From Polaribacter sp. (GTDB lineage Bacteria; Pseudomonadota; Gammaproteobacteria; Arenicellales; Arenicellaceae): a stretch of DNA of 24,000 nt. Of this stretch, positions 1-9,316 are shown piece by piece. The stretch is taken from positions 1,611 through 25,610 of the forward strand of contig JBLHMH010000032.1 of the NCBI GenBank assembly GCA_047621785.1, in the 5' to 3' direction. The stretch's first letter is position 1. Each line of letters opens with the position of its first letter. The position numbers were made by a program, and so were the translations under genes. Under the pieces are notes generated by a model. It worked only from the letters and a program-made list of their open reading frames with translations, was not told the DNA's origin and did not search any database.

Positions 1-126
1 GTTGATCTGAATGAATACAAGCGTAGACAAGCGGCCCCAGGCGTTCGTATCTCCAAGCGCGCATTTGGCAGAGACAGGCGCTATCCGATCACTTCGGGAT
101 TTCGGCCAAGCGGAACCTCTGATTAA
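1..126 (+). CDS. 3' end (last 41 codons) of an unidentified CDS entering from upstream of the window
   Basis: Frame 1 is open from base 1 to TAA at 124-126 ([41 protein letters not shown]). The fragment is too short for a family call. Confidence 0.4.
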   Translation, partial: VDLNEYKRRQAAPGVRISKRAFGRDRRYPITSGFRPSGTSD

Positions 127-168
127 GTGTAAATAAAGAAAACTAAACTAAACAGTATCGAGAATGTT

Positions 169-756
169 ATGAAAACCAGAGTAGCCACAAAATCTAAGGA
201 CCTAAAAGTTTGTTTTTTAGGGGCGATATTCAGCTTATCCGTTGTAAGTTCAACAAGTCATGCGCTTGAGTTGAGTAGGCAAAATCAATACTTTGAAGTG
301 CTAAAGGCGCAATGCGGTGCTCGTTTTGAAGGTGAAATGACTTTCCCTAAAGACGGTCAGGACAGCTTTGTGGGCAAGTTATTGGTGGCGAATTTTGATC
401 AATGTGACGAAAATCAATTGAGAGTTCCTTTCTTGGTCGGTGAAGATCGCTCCCGAACCTGGATATTCAGTCGCTTAGAAGGTGGATTGCAGCTTAAACA
501 CGATCATCGCCACCCAGACGGCACACCTGATGAGGTGAACATGTATGGCGGTATGGCGAATGATTCTGGCACTAGCCTAAGCCAGTCGTTTGAAGCTGAC
601 GAACATACCGCTGAGGTCATTCCGGCCGCGTCTACTAATGTTTGGACTGTCAGTTTAAATCCTTCTGGGAGTGAATTAACCTACCACCTAGAGCGCAATG
701 CGGCACCGCGTTTTACAGCGGTGCTAAAGCGCGTAAGTTTGGAAAAGAGTAAGTAG
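169..756 (+). CDS. hypothetical secreted/periplasmic protein (195 aa)
   Basis: Intact ORF with an N-terminal signal-peptide-like segment (K-rich n-region, hydrophobic CFLGAIFSLSVVSS, then SHA/LE). The composition looks protein-like. I recognise no family. Confidence 0.6.
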   Translation: MKTRVATKSKDLKVCFLGAIFSLSVVSSTSHALELSRQNQYFEVLKAQCGARFEGEMTFPKDGQDSFVGKLLVANFDQCDENQLRVPFLVGEDRSRTWIFSRLEGGLQLKHDHRHPDGTPDEVNMYGGMANDSGTSLSQSFEADEHTAEVIPAASTNVWTVSLNPSGSELTYHLERNAAPRFTAVLKRVSLEKSK

Positions 757-807
757 CTTTGCCAAAGTACTTTAGGGCCAATCAGATTGAATTCCTCGCC
801 CAATTAT

Positions 808-845
808 CAGGTTTTGATTCAAACCTAAGCTCGAATCAAAACCTG
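808..845. terminator. bidirectional hairpin between convergent genes
   Basis: Perfect 13-bp stem: caggttttgattc (808-820) pairs with gaatcaaaacctg (833-845) around a 12-nt loop, followed by ttt. It lies between the stop of the 169-756 ORF and the stop of bamD. Confidence 0.7.
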
Positions 846-864
846 TTTAAGGTCTGACTAAATT

Positions 865-1677
865 CTAAAAAGGATTTAATCGGCTCAAGAATCCTTTTTT
901 CTTGGCTTCAAAAGGCTCTCGTTGGGAATTAGGGAAATTGTCTAATAATATGCTATGCGTACTTTTCGCAAGATCCCTTAGCCCCATTTCAATGTAGGCT
1001 TTTTCCATTAATACCAGAGCGCCTTCAACTGCAGGACTAGTCTCGTACTTGTAGATAATCGTTTTACAACGATTGACCGTGGCAACAAAAGTCTTGGAGT
1101 CGAAATAAAATTGCGCTACTGCTAATTCTCTTTGCGCTAATGCGTTGCGAATAAAGACCACTCTTAGCTTGGCGTCCTGCGTATAAATACTCTGTGGGTA
1201 ACGCTTAACTAGATCGTTGAAGGCTTCTTCAGAATCACGATAAGGCTGTGGGTCACGAACTGCTGCCTTGCCGCCTTTCATAAAGCGATCCATAGAAGAT
1301 TGCTTACGCTCAAAATTTGCTACGCCTTTCATGTAATACGCGTAATCTACATTCTTGTGAGTGGGGTATAACTTAATGAAGTTCTCAGCAGCCTCAACCG
1401 TTTTCTCTGTTTGGCCAGACTTATTAAACGCAAAAATCATATCCAGCTTAGCTTGCTCGGTATACTCACCATACGGATAGTTTGCTTCTAAGGCCCTGAA
1501 ATACTGGGTGGCAAAGGAGTAATTACCGACATTTAAGGCTTTCTTACCTTTTGTGTAAAGATCTTCGACTTGTTGCTGAGCAAGATTCTCTTCGGTTTTC
1601 TTTTTACCCGCACAGCCACTAACGATTACAGTAAGGCATACGAGGATCAGTATTTTTCTAGTATTTAAAATGCTCAT
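865..1677 (-). CDS. bamD: outer membrane protein assembly factor BamD (YfiO), TPR lipoprotein
   Basis: The translation is colinear with E. coli BamD (YPYGEYTEQAKLDMIFAF, LYPTHKNVDYAYYMKG, RDPQPYRDSEEAF, YPQSIYTQDAKLRVVFIRNALA). There is a lipoprotein signal with lipobox VSGC. The track ORF extends to 1716. The Met at 1677 (MSILNTRKILILVCLTVIVSGC) gives a normal-length signal peptide, so I prefer that start. It is divergent from rluD, as in many gammaproteobacteria. Confidence 0.9.
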   Translation of the reverse strand: MSILNTRKILILVCLTVIVSGCAGKKKTEENLAQQQVEDLYTKGKKALNVGNYSFATQYFRALEANYPYGEYTEQAKLDMIFAFNKSGQTEKTVEAAENFIKLYPTHKNVDYAYYMKGVANFERKQSSMDRFMKGGKAAVRDPQPYRDSEEAFNDLVKRYPQSIYTQDAKLRVVFIRNALAQRELAVAQFYFDSKTFVATVNRCKTIIYKYETSPAVEGALVLMEKAYIEMGLRDLAKSTHSILLDNFPNSQREPFEAKKKGFLSRLNPF

Positions 1678-1777
1678 TGGATGATTTTTATCGGTTATCA
1701 TTGCGGGCGATAGCATAACTCGAAAACCCTTAGTAGAGAATAGCTTGTAAACAAAAGCTCTGAGAGAAACAAACGCT

Positions 1778-2728
1778 GTGGAAGATTATAAAAAAGTTGA
1801 CTTTATTGTACCAGAGGAGATGCTTGGACAGCGCTTGGATCGAGTATTAGTTCAGTTCTGTACAGACTATTCCCGAAGCACTATTCAAAGTTGGATTAAA
1901 CAAGGCTTGGTAGTGGTGGATGATGAACTACATAAACAAAAAGATAAAGTCTATGGAGGAGAATTAATCGAAGTTACGGTGCCTGAGATTAGCCACGGAG
2001 AATGGGAGGCTCAGGATATCGATTTCGAGATCGTACACGAGGATGACGACATGATGGTGATCAATAAGCCGGCAGGGCTTGTGGTACATCCAGGTGCGGG
2101 AAATCCGGATCGCACATTACTCAATGGTCTGCTGATGCATCTGCCGAATAGTCGCAGCCTGGCTAGAGTAGGTATTGTGCATCGCCTAGATAAAGAAACA
2201 TCAGGCTTGATGGTGATTGCCAAGACGGAACCGGCCAGACTGGGATTGATCGCGCAGTTGGTGGATCATAGTTTGCATCGTGAATACTTGGCGTTGGTTA
2301 ATGGTCGAGTTATTTCAGGCAATACTGTCGACGAGCCGATTGGCCGTGATAAGGGAGATCGACGCAAAATGGCCATCAATATGATGGGCCGAGTAGCAGT
2401 GACTCACTATCGAGTAGATCAACGCTATCGAAACCATACCCTGTTGAGAGTGCAACTAGAAACTGGGCGTACCCATCAAATTAGGGTGCATATGACGCAT
2501 ATCGGCTTTCCCTTGGTCGGTGACCCCGTTTACGGACGACGCTTGGCTATTGCTGGTGATTGCGATCCCGTTTTAGAAAAGCAATTACGCCAGTTTAAAC
2601 GCCAGGCCTTGCATGCCACTCGAATTGAGTACATTCACCCTGGCAGTGGCGAGCATCAATCATGGGAGCGGCCTCTACCAGATGACATGCAAGCCCTGGT
2701 TGATGCATGTGAAGTGGATAACCATTAG
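1778..2728 (+). CDS. rluD: 23S rRNA pseudouridine synthase RluD
   Basis: GTG start. An S4-like N-terminus (LGQRLDRVL) is followed by the RluA-family motifs VINKPAGLVVHPGAGN, HRLDKETSGLMV (catalytic Asp) and ETGRTHQIRVHM...PLVGDPVYG...RQALHA. It aligns end to end with E. coli RluD. Confidence 0.95.
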   Translation: MEDYKKVDFIVPEEMLGQRLDRVLVQFCTDYSRSTIQSWIKQGLVVVDDELHKQKDKVYGGELIEVTVPEISHGEWEAQDIDFEIVHEDDDMMVINKPAGLVVHPGAGNPDRTLLNGLLMHLPNSRSLARVGIVHRLDKETSGLMVIAKTEPARLGLIAQLVDHSLHREYLALVNGRVISGNTVDEPIGRDKGDRRKMAINMMGRVAVTHYRVDQRYRNHTLLRVQLETGRTHQIRVHMTHIGFPLVGDPVYGRRLAIAGDCDPVLEKQLRQFKRQALHATRIEYIHPGSGEHQSWERPLPDDMQALVDACEVDNH

Positions 2729-2790
2729 GTTTATACAGATAGGGTGAAGTATAAAAAGCGCCTAACAAACGAAGTTGAGTATTTGTCAGC

Positions 2791-3519
2791 ATGAGTTTAC
2801 AGATCGTCGAAGCTGATTGGTTAGCACCCCGTAATGTAGTTGCATTTACCACTACTCGCCACGGCGGCTTTAGTCAGCCACCATTCGATTCATTCAATCT
2901 CGCCCAGCATGTTGATGATCAGCCATCAGCGGTAGCACGCAATCGCCAATTGCTAGTTTCAAAATTTGACCTGCCTTCAGAACCGGTCTGGTTGGACCAG
3001 GTACATAGCACAAAAGTGCTAGAGATTGATTCGAGCTTAGCGACGCTACAGCCTGCAGACGGCTTAATTACCGCATCGCCGAAGGTGGTTTGTGCGGTAA
3101 TGACGGCCGATTGCATGCCCTTATTTTTATCTGATCAAGCCGGCAGCAAGGTGGCTGTGGTGCATGCGGGTTGGCGCGGCATGGCGGATGGAATCATTGA
3201 AAATGTAGTAGGCCTTTTTAATCAACCGCCTGAGCAATTAATAGCTTGGGCTGGACCGACCATAGGGCCTCAGCATTTTGAAATTGGACCCGAGGTAAAA
3301 GAGCAGTTAATGGGCCCAGAAGAGGCGTATATCGCGTCTTCTAACAAAGGTAAATTGCTGGCCGATTTATATTTGCTTGCAGGTCAAAGGTTGGCTGGGC
3401 TAGAGGTGCACAATTACACCCATTGCGCCTATTGTAGTTATGCCGATCAGCAGCTTTTCTATTCGTACCGCCGTTCCAAAGCTGCTGGGCGAATGGCATC
3501 AATTATCTATTTAACTTAA
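2791..3519 (+). CDS. pgeF: peptidoglycan editing factor PgeF / YfiH (DUF152 laccase-domain protein)
   Basis: Near-colinear with E. coli YfiH: TTRHGGFS, FNLAQHVDD, PVWLDQVHS, VCAVMTADCMP, VHAGWRG, FFSYRR...GRMAS. It sits immediately downstream of rluD, which is the conserved synteny. Confidence 0.93.
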   Translation: MSLQIVEADWLAPRNVVAFTTTRHGGFSQPPFDSFNLAQHVDDQPSAVARNRQLLVSKFDLPSEPVWLDQVHSTKVLEIDSSLATLQPADGLITASPKVVCAVMTADCMPLFLSDQAGSKVAVVHAGWRGMADGIIENVVGLFNQPPEQLIAWAGPTIGPQHFEIGPEVKEQLMGPEEAYIASSNKGKLLADLYLLAGQRLAGLEVHNYTHCAYCSYADQQLFYSYRRSKAAGRMASIIYLT

Positions 3520-3555
3520 ATTATTTAACTTGATCTAATGTAGTGATTTCTCTGC

Positions 3556-4779
3556 TTAAACGTTGGCTTTGGCGTCTGCCGCTCGACAAGCAGCCGCAGT
3601 GAAAACAACGTCAGTTGAGCTATTCAAGGCTGTTTCAGCTGAATCTTGAATTACCCCAACGATAAAACCTACCGCCACCACCTGCATTGCCACGTCGTTA
3701 GAAATACCGAACAAGCCACAGGCCAGGGGAATAAGCAATAACGAGCCTCCAGCCACACCAGAAGCACCACACGCTGATACGGCTGCAATAACTGATAGCA
3801 ATAATGCGGTGGGCAGGTCTACGCTGACGCCTAAGGTATGCACCGCCGCTAGGGTCATCACTGAGATGGTGATGGCTGCACCGCCCATATTAATGGTTGC
3901 TCCGAGCGGGATGGAGACCGAGTAGGTGTCCTCATCCAGACCTAGTTTTTCACATAACTGTAAGTTGACTGGAATGTTGGCTGCCGAACTGCGCGTAAAA
4001 AAGGCGGTGACACCACTTTCGCGCAAGCATCTAAGGACTAAAGGGTAGGGGTTTTTCTTGGTCATGAAAAACACCAATAAGGGATTAATCAGCAGCGCCA
4101 TAATTAACATCGAAGAAAGTAACAGGATAATCAATTTACTATAACCAAGCAGCGCGTTAAGCCCTGTTTCTGCGACCGTTGCAGCAACTAAACCAAAAAT
4201 GCCAATCGGCGCCAATTGAATAATAAATCGGACAATTCCAGTGATTGCTTCGGATAGATCATGCATGGATTGTTGGGTGGTCTGCGCCGCATCTCGCAGC
4301 AACAAACCAAGACCAATCGCCCAGGCTAAAATTCCAATGTAGTTACCTTCCAATAACGCTGCCACGGGGTTTTGAACAATCTTAAACATCAGAGTGCTTA
4401 ACACTTCAGCAATACCTTCTGGAGGCACCACGCTGGCGCTATTGGCGACTAGTATAAGTTCAACGGGAAACATAAAGCTCAGTGTGACTGCGGTCACAGC
4501 TGCCGCCAAAGTGCCAACAACATAGAGCCCCAAAATAGGGCGCATCTGCGAGTGTTCACCAGGTTTTTGGATGGCGATTGATGCAAGTACTAAGAAAAAC
4601 ACTAAAATTGGTGCAACTGCTTTCAATGCGCCTACAAATAGCCCCCCCAGAAAAGCAACCGACTGCGCGCTTGATGGTGAAAGGGTGGCTAATATGGTAC
4701 CCAGCACGATGCCGGCGGCAATCTTGCTAACCAAACTAAATTGATTAAGGTCTTGAATGAGTTTGATGATTACGTTCAC
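3556..4779 (-). CDS. sstT: serine/threonine:Na+ symporter SstT (DAACS family)
   Basis: Very strong colinearity with E. coli SstT ([84 protein letters not shown]). The track ORF starts at ATG 4833. However, GTG at 4779 is preceded by GGGGAG 5 nt upstream and gives 407 aa (E. coli about 414), so I prefer 4779. Confidence 0.93.
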   Translation of the reverse strand: MNVIIKLIQDLNQFSLVSKIAAGIVLGTILATLSPSSAQSVAFLGGLFVGALKAVAPILVFFLVLASIAIQKPGEHSQMRPILGLYVVGTLAAAVTAVTLSFMFPVELILVANSASVVPPEGIAEVLSTLMFKIVQNPVAALLEGNYIGILAWAIGLGLLLRDAAQTTQQSMHDLSEAITGIVRFIIQLAPIGIFGLVAATVAETGLNALLGYSKLIILLLSSMLIMALLINPLLVFFMTKKNPYPLVLRCLRESGVTAFFTRSSAANIPVNLQLCEKLGLDEDTYSVSIPLGATINMGGAAITISVMTLAAVHTLGVSVDLPTALLLSVIAAVSACGASGVAGGSLLLIPLACGLFGISNDVAMQVVAVGFIVGVIQDSAETALNSSTDVVFTAAACRAADAKANV

Positions 4780-4865
4780 AAATGCTCCCCTATCTACTGA
4801 CGGTTTATTTTTTATTATTCTAATTACTAGCAAGCGATTTATAAGCAGGCGCTACATTAGCGAGC

Positions 4866-5414
4866 CTATGATAGTTCTTTTTTCCACAATACATCACCTT
4901 CGCCAGATTGTTTGTTAATGATGCGGGCACTGACAAATAATAGATCTGATAAACGATTTAAGTAGTGGCGCGTGGTGTCGCTGACCGGATCTATTTGGTG
5001 CAAGCTAACGAGGTCACGTTCCGCTCGACGAGCGGTTGCGCGAGCAATATGACAAATCGATGCGGCTTCACTGCCACCCGGCAAAATAAAGTCTTTAAGT
5101 GGGCTCAGTGATAGATTGAAATAGTCTATTTTATTTTCTAATGCGCTGATTTTCTCAGGCACAATAAATGAGTGACCGGGCATGCTTATCTCACCACCAA
5201 TATTGAATAGGTCGTGTTGGATGCCGATATAAAATTCAATCATTTGTGGGTCGTCGAGTTTGCAGATCATTAACCCGATGACGCTATTTAGCTCATCAAC
5301 CGAACCCATTGCATTCATCCTTTGATGATTTTTTGGGATGCGCTCGCCATCGGATAATCCAGAAGTGCCATCGTCGCCAGTGCGAGTATAAAGTTTGCTG
5401 AGTCGGTTGCCCAT
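4866..5414 (-). CDS. ATP:cob(I)alamin adenosyltransferase, PduO/MMAB type
   Basis: Diagnostic N-terminus KLYTRTGDDGTSGL, then IQHDLFNIGGE and LPGG...A..H.ARA..RRAER. The size (182 aa) is typical. AGGAG lies 5 nt upstream of the ATG. Confidence 0.9.
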   Translation of the reverse strand: MGNRLSKLYTRTGDDGTSGLSDGERIPKNHQRMNAMGSVDELNSVIGLMICKLDDPQMIEFYIGIQHDLFNIGGEISMPGHSFIVPEKISALENKIDYFNLSLSPLKDFILPGGSEAASICHIARATARRAERDLVSLHQIDPVSDTTRHYLNRLSDLLFVSARIINKQSGEGDVLWKKELS

Positions 5415-5457
5415 AAGGTCTCCTGTGCTGTGAATTAATCGTTTGTGTTAGTGTGTT

Positions 5458-7689
5458 CTAGAACCCGTATGGTTCAGGGTTATGGATCGGCAGAGAAAAT
5501 GAGAATATTACACCATCTGAGCTTGAAAGGTTGCGAGCGATCACATCGCCGCCATGAAAACTAGCAATCAGCTTCACTACGTATAAGCCCATGCCAAGGC
5601 GTGATTTTTGCGCGTCTTTGCGGCCCAGCGAGACCAAAGGTTCAAATATTCGCTCAGACATGCCTTCGGGTAAGCGCGACCCTTGGTTGATCACGTCGAT
5701 CTGAACAAAGCGATCTATGCGCTGCACTTTGAATACAATGGCCGTACCAGGAGCCGCAAAATCGATTGCGTTGTCAACCAATTTATCTAAAACCTGAGCG
5801 ATATAATCCGGCGCTGCTTCAACTTGTAGTGGGCGTGAGTGAATCACCACATCGAATTTTTGCTCAGGGTTACTGATTGAATAGCCATCCACATAATTTT
5901 CAATGAGTTCGATCACATCGAAAACCTCGCGGGTTTCGGATTGCATCGCCTGCTCTAAATTCGCAGCTTCTGTTAGGTTGCGAAGAATCGCTCCAATACG
6001 GTTGACTCCGTTGGTAGCACGATCTAAATATTTGCTTTGCGCGACGCTAGGGTTTTCTAACGCCAAATTATGCAGGGAGGAGTTAACCACATTTAGTGGG
6101 TTACTTACCTCATGCGCGAGGGTATCAGGTAGACCTCTTAAGTACTTGGTGTATTGGGATAGTCGGCCCAACATATTACTAACACTGCGGGATAAGTCTC
6201 CAATTTCGTCGCCAGACTTTGCTTCGGCAGAAAGCTTCTGATTGATGATCCGTCCATCTCTATCTATCGCGTTGTCAGTTGCATTGCGTAGGCGCCGAAT
6301 ACGCACTGTTAGCCTTGACGCAAATAGTAGTAGGGCGGCCACCACCGTCAGTAACACTAATAGGGTCACACTAATTACATTTTCCAGTACTGACTGTTGC
6401 CTTTGCAGAACCTGATTTGTGCTCTGTTCCACGATCACCGCACCCAGAATACTGTCACCAAAAAAGACTGGGTGTGCTGACATCAGTATGGTTCCTTGAT
6501 TGTCCAATGAAGGGCTGCGGCCGGTAGAAATTTCACCTGCCAGCGCCTGATCGATAATTCGATCGTTACGTTCCTCAATGGTACTTTGGTTATCATCAGA
6601 GCTGAGCGATCGTTCATCCACAATAAAGTTAAATATTGCGTTTAAAGCAATATTGTAATAATAGCGAATAGTACCGAGCGCATAGTCAAGGTTTTTACCG
6701 GAGTTGACCGGTTTAGCTCTATGGTTATTAAATGGTTCTGTTGTTATTTTTCCAGTAATACCGAGCGGAATTTTGTTCTGATTAATAACCCATATTCGTG
6801 TGTCTGATCGATCCAGGGCTTCCAGTATTCTGGCCAGTTCTTGGGGCTGAACTTGAAGATTAGGAAGGTTGTCGTCGTCTGTTTGGGATGTGGTGGTGAT
6901 CAGGTCTTCTACCACCAATGTTTGTGCATCATCAACATCGGCTACAGATAATTGAATCCGTGTATCCGAAGACAGTATAAAGCGCGGAATCCGCAACTCG
7001 ACGTTGTAACCTCGGTCGGTTTCAATCAGTTCAGCAGCAAGCTCAAAATTAGGTTGGCCGGTGATAGGGTATTGCCATTTATCGTCCATTAAATAAATGC
7101 TCATGCGACCTGCTTCACGCCCAATTAGAGTGAAGCGTCGTCGTGAACCCCCAGGATCTTGTAGGGTGACCCTAATGTGATCTGCAGAATCGACACGTAA
7201 AAAACCAGTTTTACGAAACAATACTTGATCATCGGTCACTTCAAAGAACGCATAGATAAAGCGCCCGTGGTATCCCAGTAGATGATTTACCGAAATATCA
7301 GAGTTGTCAGAGCCAATAGTTGTTTCAGGTTCTTTGACATTTGAATTATTTGCGCCAGTGGATTTGGCGTTAAAGGTTTTAGCTTGCTTTACTTGCTCGC
7401 CCCAATCACTTAACTCGCCATCTAGATTAATATAGTTGGGCAACGGGAAGACATAAATTTCGTCATCCACAGAATTCTCTACTTCGATTTGCGTGGCTTC
7501 TGTAAACAGTTCTGGACGATCATGCAGTACTGTCGCAATTGCGCGTGAGGTGAAACTTAGGGCATCTTCTTGGCCAGACAACAAAAAGGATTTCATGTCT
7601 CGCACGTAGACATAACTCATCCAAGGGATTAGCAGCAACAATAAGGACACCAGCAGAAGCTTGGTGCGAATAGAGAAGTTAGGGCGCAT
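5458..7689 (-). CDS. sensor histidine kinase with a ~400-aa periplasmic domain (TM - periplasmic - TM - HAMP-like - HisKA - HATPase_c)
   Basis: TM1 is LLLVSLLLLLIPWMSYVY and TM2 is VISVTLLVLLTVVAALLLFASRL. H-box LAHEVSNPL, N-box LVDNAIDF, G-boxes INQGSRLP and GMGLYV. It lies 65 bp downstream of the cognate response regulator on the same strand. Confidence 0.9.
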   Translation of the reverse strand: MRPNFSIRTKLLLVSLLLLLIPWMSYVYVRDMKSFLLSGQEDALSFTSRAIATVLHDRPELFTEATQIEVENSVDDEIYVFPLPNYINLDGELSDWGEQVKQAKTFNAKSTGANNSNVKEPETTIGSDNSDISVNHLLGYHGRFIYAFFEVTDDQVLFRKTGFLRVDSADHIRVTLQDPGGSRRRFTLIGREAGRMSIYLMDDKWQYPITGQPNFELAAELIETDRGYNVELRIPRFILSSDTRIQLSVADVDDAQTLVVEDLITTTSQTDDDNLPNLQVQPQELARILEALDRSDTRIWVINQNKIPLGITGKITTEPFNNHRAKPVNSGKNLDYALGTIRYYYNIALNAIFNFIVDERSLSSDDNQSTIEERNDRIIDQALAGEISTGRSPSLDNQGTILMSAHPVFFGDSILGAVIVEQSTNQVLQRQQSVLENVISVTLLVLLTVVAALLLFASRLTVRIRRLRNATDNAIDRDGRIINQKLSAEAKSGDEIGDLSRSVSNMLGRLSQYTKYLRGLPDTLAHEVSNPLNVVNSSLHNLALENPSVAQSKYLDRATNGVNRIGAILRNLTEAANLEQAMQSETREVFDVIELIENYVDGYSISNPEQKFDVVIHSRPLQVEAAPDYIAQVLDKLVDNAIDFAAPGTAIVFKVQRIDRFVQIDVINQGSRLPEGMSERIFEPLVSLGRKDAQKSRLGMGLYVVKLIASFHGGDVIARNLSSSDGVIFSFSLPIHNPEPYGF

Positions 7690-7754
7690 ACGTTACAAGT
7701 ATCAAGGCAGAGAAGTGAGTAACTAAGTGGATAGTAAGCAAGGACAAGAGAGTA

Positions 7755-8465
7755 TCAGACCTCGCCGATATTCCATTTGTAACCAACCCCAAAAACTGTT
7801 TGGATATGCTTGAAGTCTGGATCTATTTCTTTGAATTTATTACGAATTCTTCGAATGTAGCCATTTATAGTGTTGCGCTCAACATAGCTCTGGCGAGTTA
7901 TTTGCATCATGTTTTCATAGGTTTTAACGTGTCCTGGGTGGCGAGCCATCGATTCAATCAACCAAAACTCGGTCAAGGTTAGACTTAGTTCCTTACCTTG
8001 CCATCGAATCGACATTCTATCTTCGTCGATAGACAGCTCATTGACTACCAGCAGATCACTGTCTTTGTCGTCATTGTTGCGCTGCGCCAAACTATCGACA
8101 ATACGGAATAATGAATTAATCCTCACACTTAAAAATTGCATATTCAGAGGCTTGGTCAGATAGTCCCAAGCATCTAAACGTAAGCCAGAGACGCGGTCGA
8201 TATCGGTGTCGCGCGCGGTTAGAAAAATGATAGGCAGAGTAGGCGACAGCGCGCGTAAGTCTCGGCACAAGTCGAAGCCGCCATCCATTTCGTTTTCTAA
8301 CATAATATCCAGAATCGCAAGGTCAGGCATATTGTTTTTCATTCCAATCAATGCATCCCTACGGTTCGAATAAGTAGCTACGGCGTAACCAGATTTCTTT
8401 AACGCATCAGCGTAGTTCTCTCGTTGATCAAAATCATCTTCTACTATTGCTACTGTACGTGCCAT
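7755..8465 (-). CDS. OmpR/PhoB-family response regulator (receiver + winged-helix)
   Basis: Receiver residues are intact (VEDD, phospho-acceptor in AILDIML, IFLTARD, LTKP). The C-terminal winged-helix shows LTLTEFWLIE...GYIRRIRNKF...VFGVGYKW. AGGAA is a plausible SD upstream of the ATG. Confidence 0.92.
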   Translation of the reverse strand: MARTVAIVEDDFDQRENYADALKKSGYAVATYSNRRDALIGMKNNMPDLAILDIMLENEMDGGFDLCRDLRALSPTLPIIFLTARDTDIDRVSGLRLDAWDYLTKPLNMQFLSVRINSLFRIVDSLAQRNNDDKDSDLLVVNELSIDEDRMSIRWQGKELSLTLTEFWLIESMARHPGHVKTYENMMQITRQSYVERNTINGYIRRIRNKFKEIDPDFKHIQTVFGVGYKWNIGEV

Positions 8466-8835
8466 TTTATTCCTGTGGTTTGCTAAGCAGTGGGTTCAAA
8501 CGCGGTTATATTTTGGCGTATTTTGCCTGAATACCAAGCGAATTAGCGAATTATGCCTAAAAATGGCAATAAAACCACGTTTTTACCACTAGTTCATCCT
8601 AATTTCGTCACTCTATAGGCGTTAAATGGGGACAGTTAAAAGTGGGGTGCAAAAGGGGGCCGTATTTTTGTCAGCTTCTGTTTTCAGTAAGCAGGTTGGT
8701 ATTGTAGGCAAAAATAGTGTGAAGTCTTCAAGGCTTAAGTATAAGACAGAAATATATCTGTCATGCCAATTTGAGATCAAGCGCGATGGGCTATTTAGTT
8801 GTAATTTTAAGAGAGACGTTTTAACGAGTGAAATC

Positions 8836-9036
8836 ATGAATCATCACAACCAAGTATTTATACCAGTTACAGACGAGATCATTTTTGATCATCCTGAGCG
8901 AATAGAAGGACCTTTGGTTCCTTATTCTGCAGGCATGGAATGTCAAAATTGGCTGACGATCGAAATTAATCCCGATGAGTCTAAGGGGATTGAAGGGCAT
9001 ATCCGGAGCAATAAGCCGAATCTACGTTTGGTCTAG
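8836..9036 (+). CDS. possible small hypothetical protein (66 aa)
   Basis: This is the internal Met of track ORF 8626-9036. Only the downstream part (MNHHNQVFIPVTDEIIFDHPERIEGPLVPYSAGMECQNWLT...) has protein-like composition. The upstream 70 codons are K/S-rich and overlap an equally poor antisense ORF. The SD (GAGTGA) is weak and no family is recognised. Confidence 0.3.
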   Translation: MNHHNQVFIPVTDEIIFDHPERIEGPLVPYSAGMECQNWLTIEINPDESKGIEGHIRSNKPNLRLV

Positions 9037-9042
9037 AGACCT

Positions 9043-9205
9043 GTTGTTTAGTCGTGGAATCGAAGATTACCGCGCTCAAGGCTGTTTAGTCGTGGAATCG
9101 AAGATTACCGCGCTCAAGGCTGTTTAGTCGTGGAATCGAAGATTACCGCGCTCAAGGCTGTTTAGTCGTGGAATCGAAGATTACCGCGATCGAGGCTGTT
9201 TAGTC
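9043..9205. repeat. 38-bp direct tandem repeat, about 4.3 copies (non-coding minisatellite)
   Basis: Unit gctgtttagtcgtggaatcgaagattaccgcgctcaag. Copies lie at 9043-9080 (1 mismatch), 9081-9118, 9119-9156 (these two identical) and 9157-9194 (2 mismatches), with a partial copy at 9195-9205. Units abut directly with no spacers. 38 is not a multiple of 3. Each unit contains an imperfect hairpin (cgtggaatc / gattaccgcg). Confidence 0.95.
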
Positions 9206-9316
9206 ACTTTCCCGTCATTCAGAGCGAAGCGAAGGATCTGCTTGTTTGTAGTCAATTAATTTGTTGTACCCAACGCTGGGATAGTTTCTTCGAGTAAGAT
9301 TGAACTAATATTAGTA

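Noticed and set aside
2011-3116. Antisense track ORFs 2011-2223, 2595-2852 and 2919-3116 (minus strand)
   Set aside because: They lie inside or across rluD and pgeF, whose translations align end to end with well-known proteins. Their own translations are low-complexity (S/T/R/C-rich) with no motifs. They are shadow ORFs.
5903-8837. Track ORFs 5903-6241 (+), 7800-7982 (+) and 8622-8837 (-)
   Set aside because: The first two are antisense to the histidine kinase and the response regulator. The third overlaps the equally doubtful 5' part of 8626-9036 and has non-protein-like composition.
9043-9205. Possible CRISPR array
   Set aside because: The 38-bp units are directly adjacent with no unique spacers, there are only about 4 copies, and no cas genes are nearby. 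It is a simple tandem repeat.
9206-9240. gtcattcagagcgaagcgaaggatctg motif after the repeat array, reminiscent of short dispersed sequences seen in other genomes
   Set aside because: There is a single copy here, I have no way to test dispersion without the rest of the genome, and no structure or ORF is attached to it.
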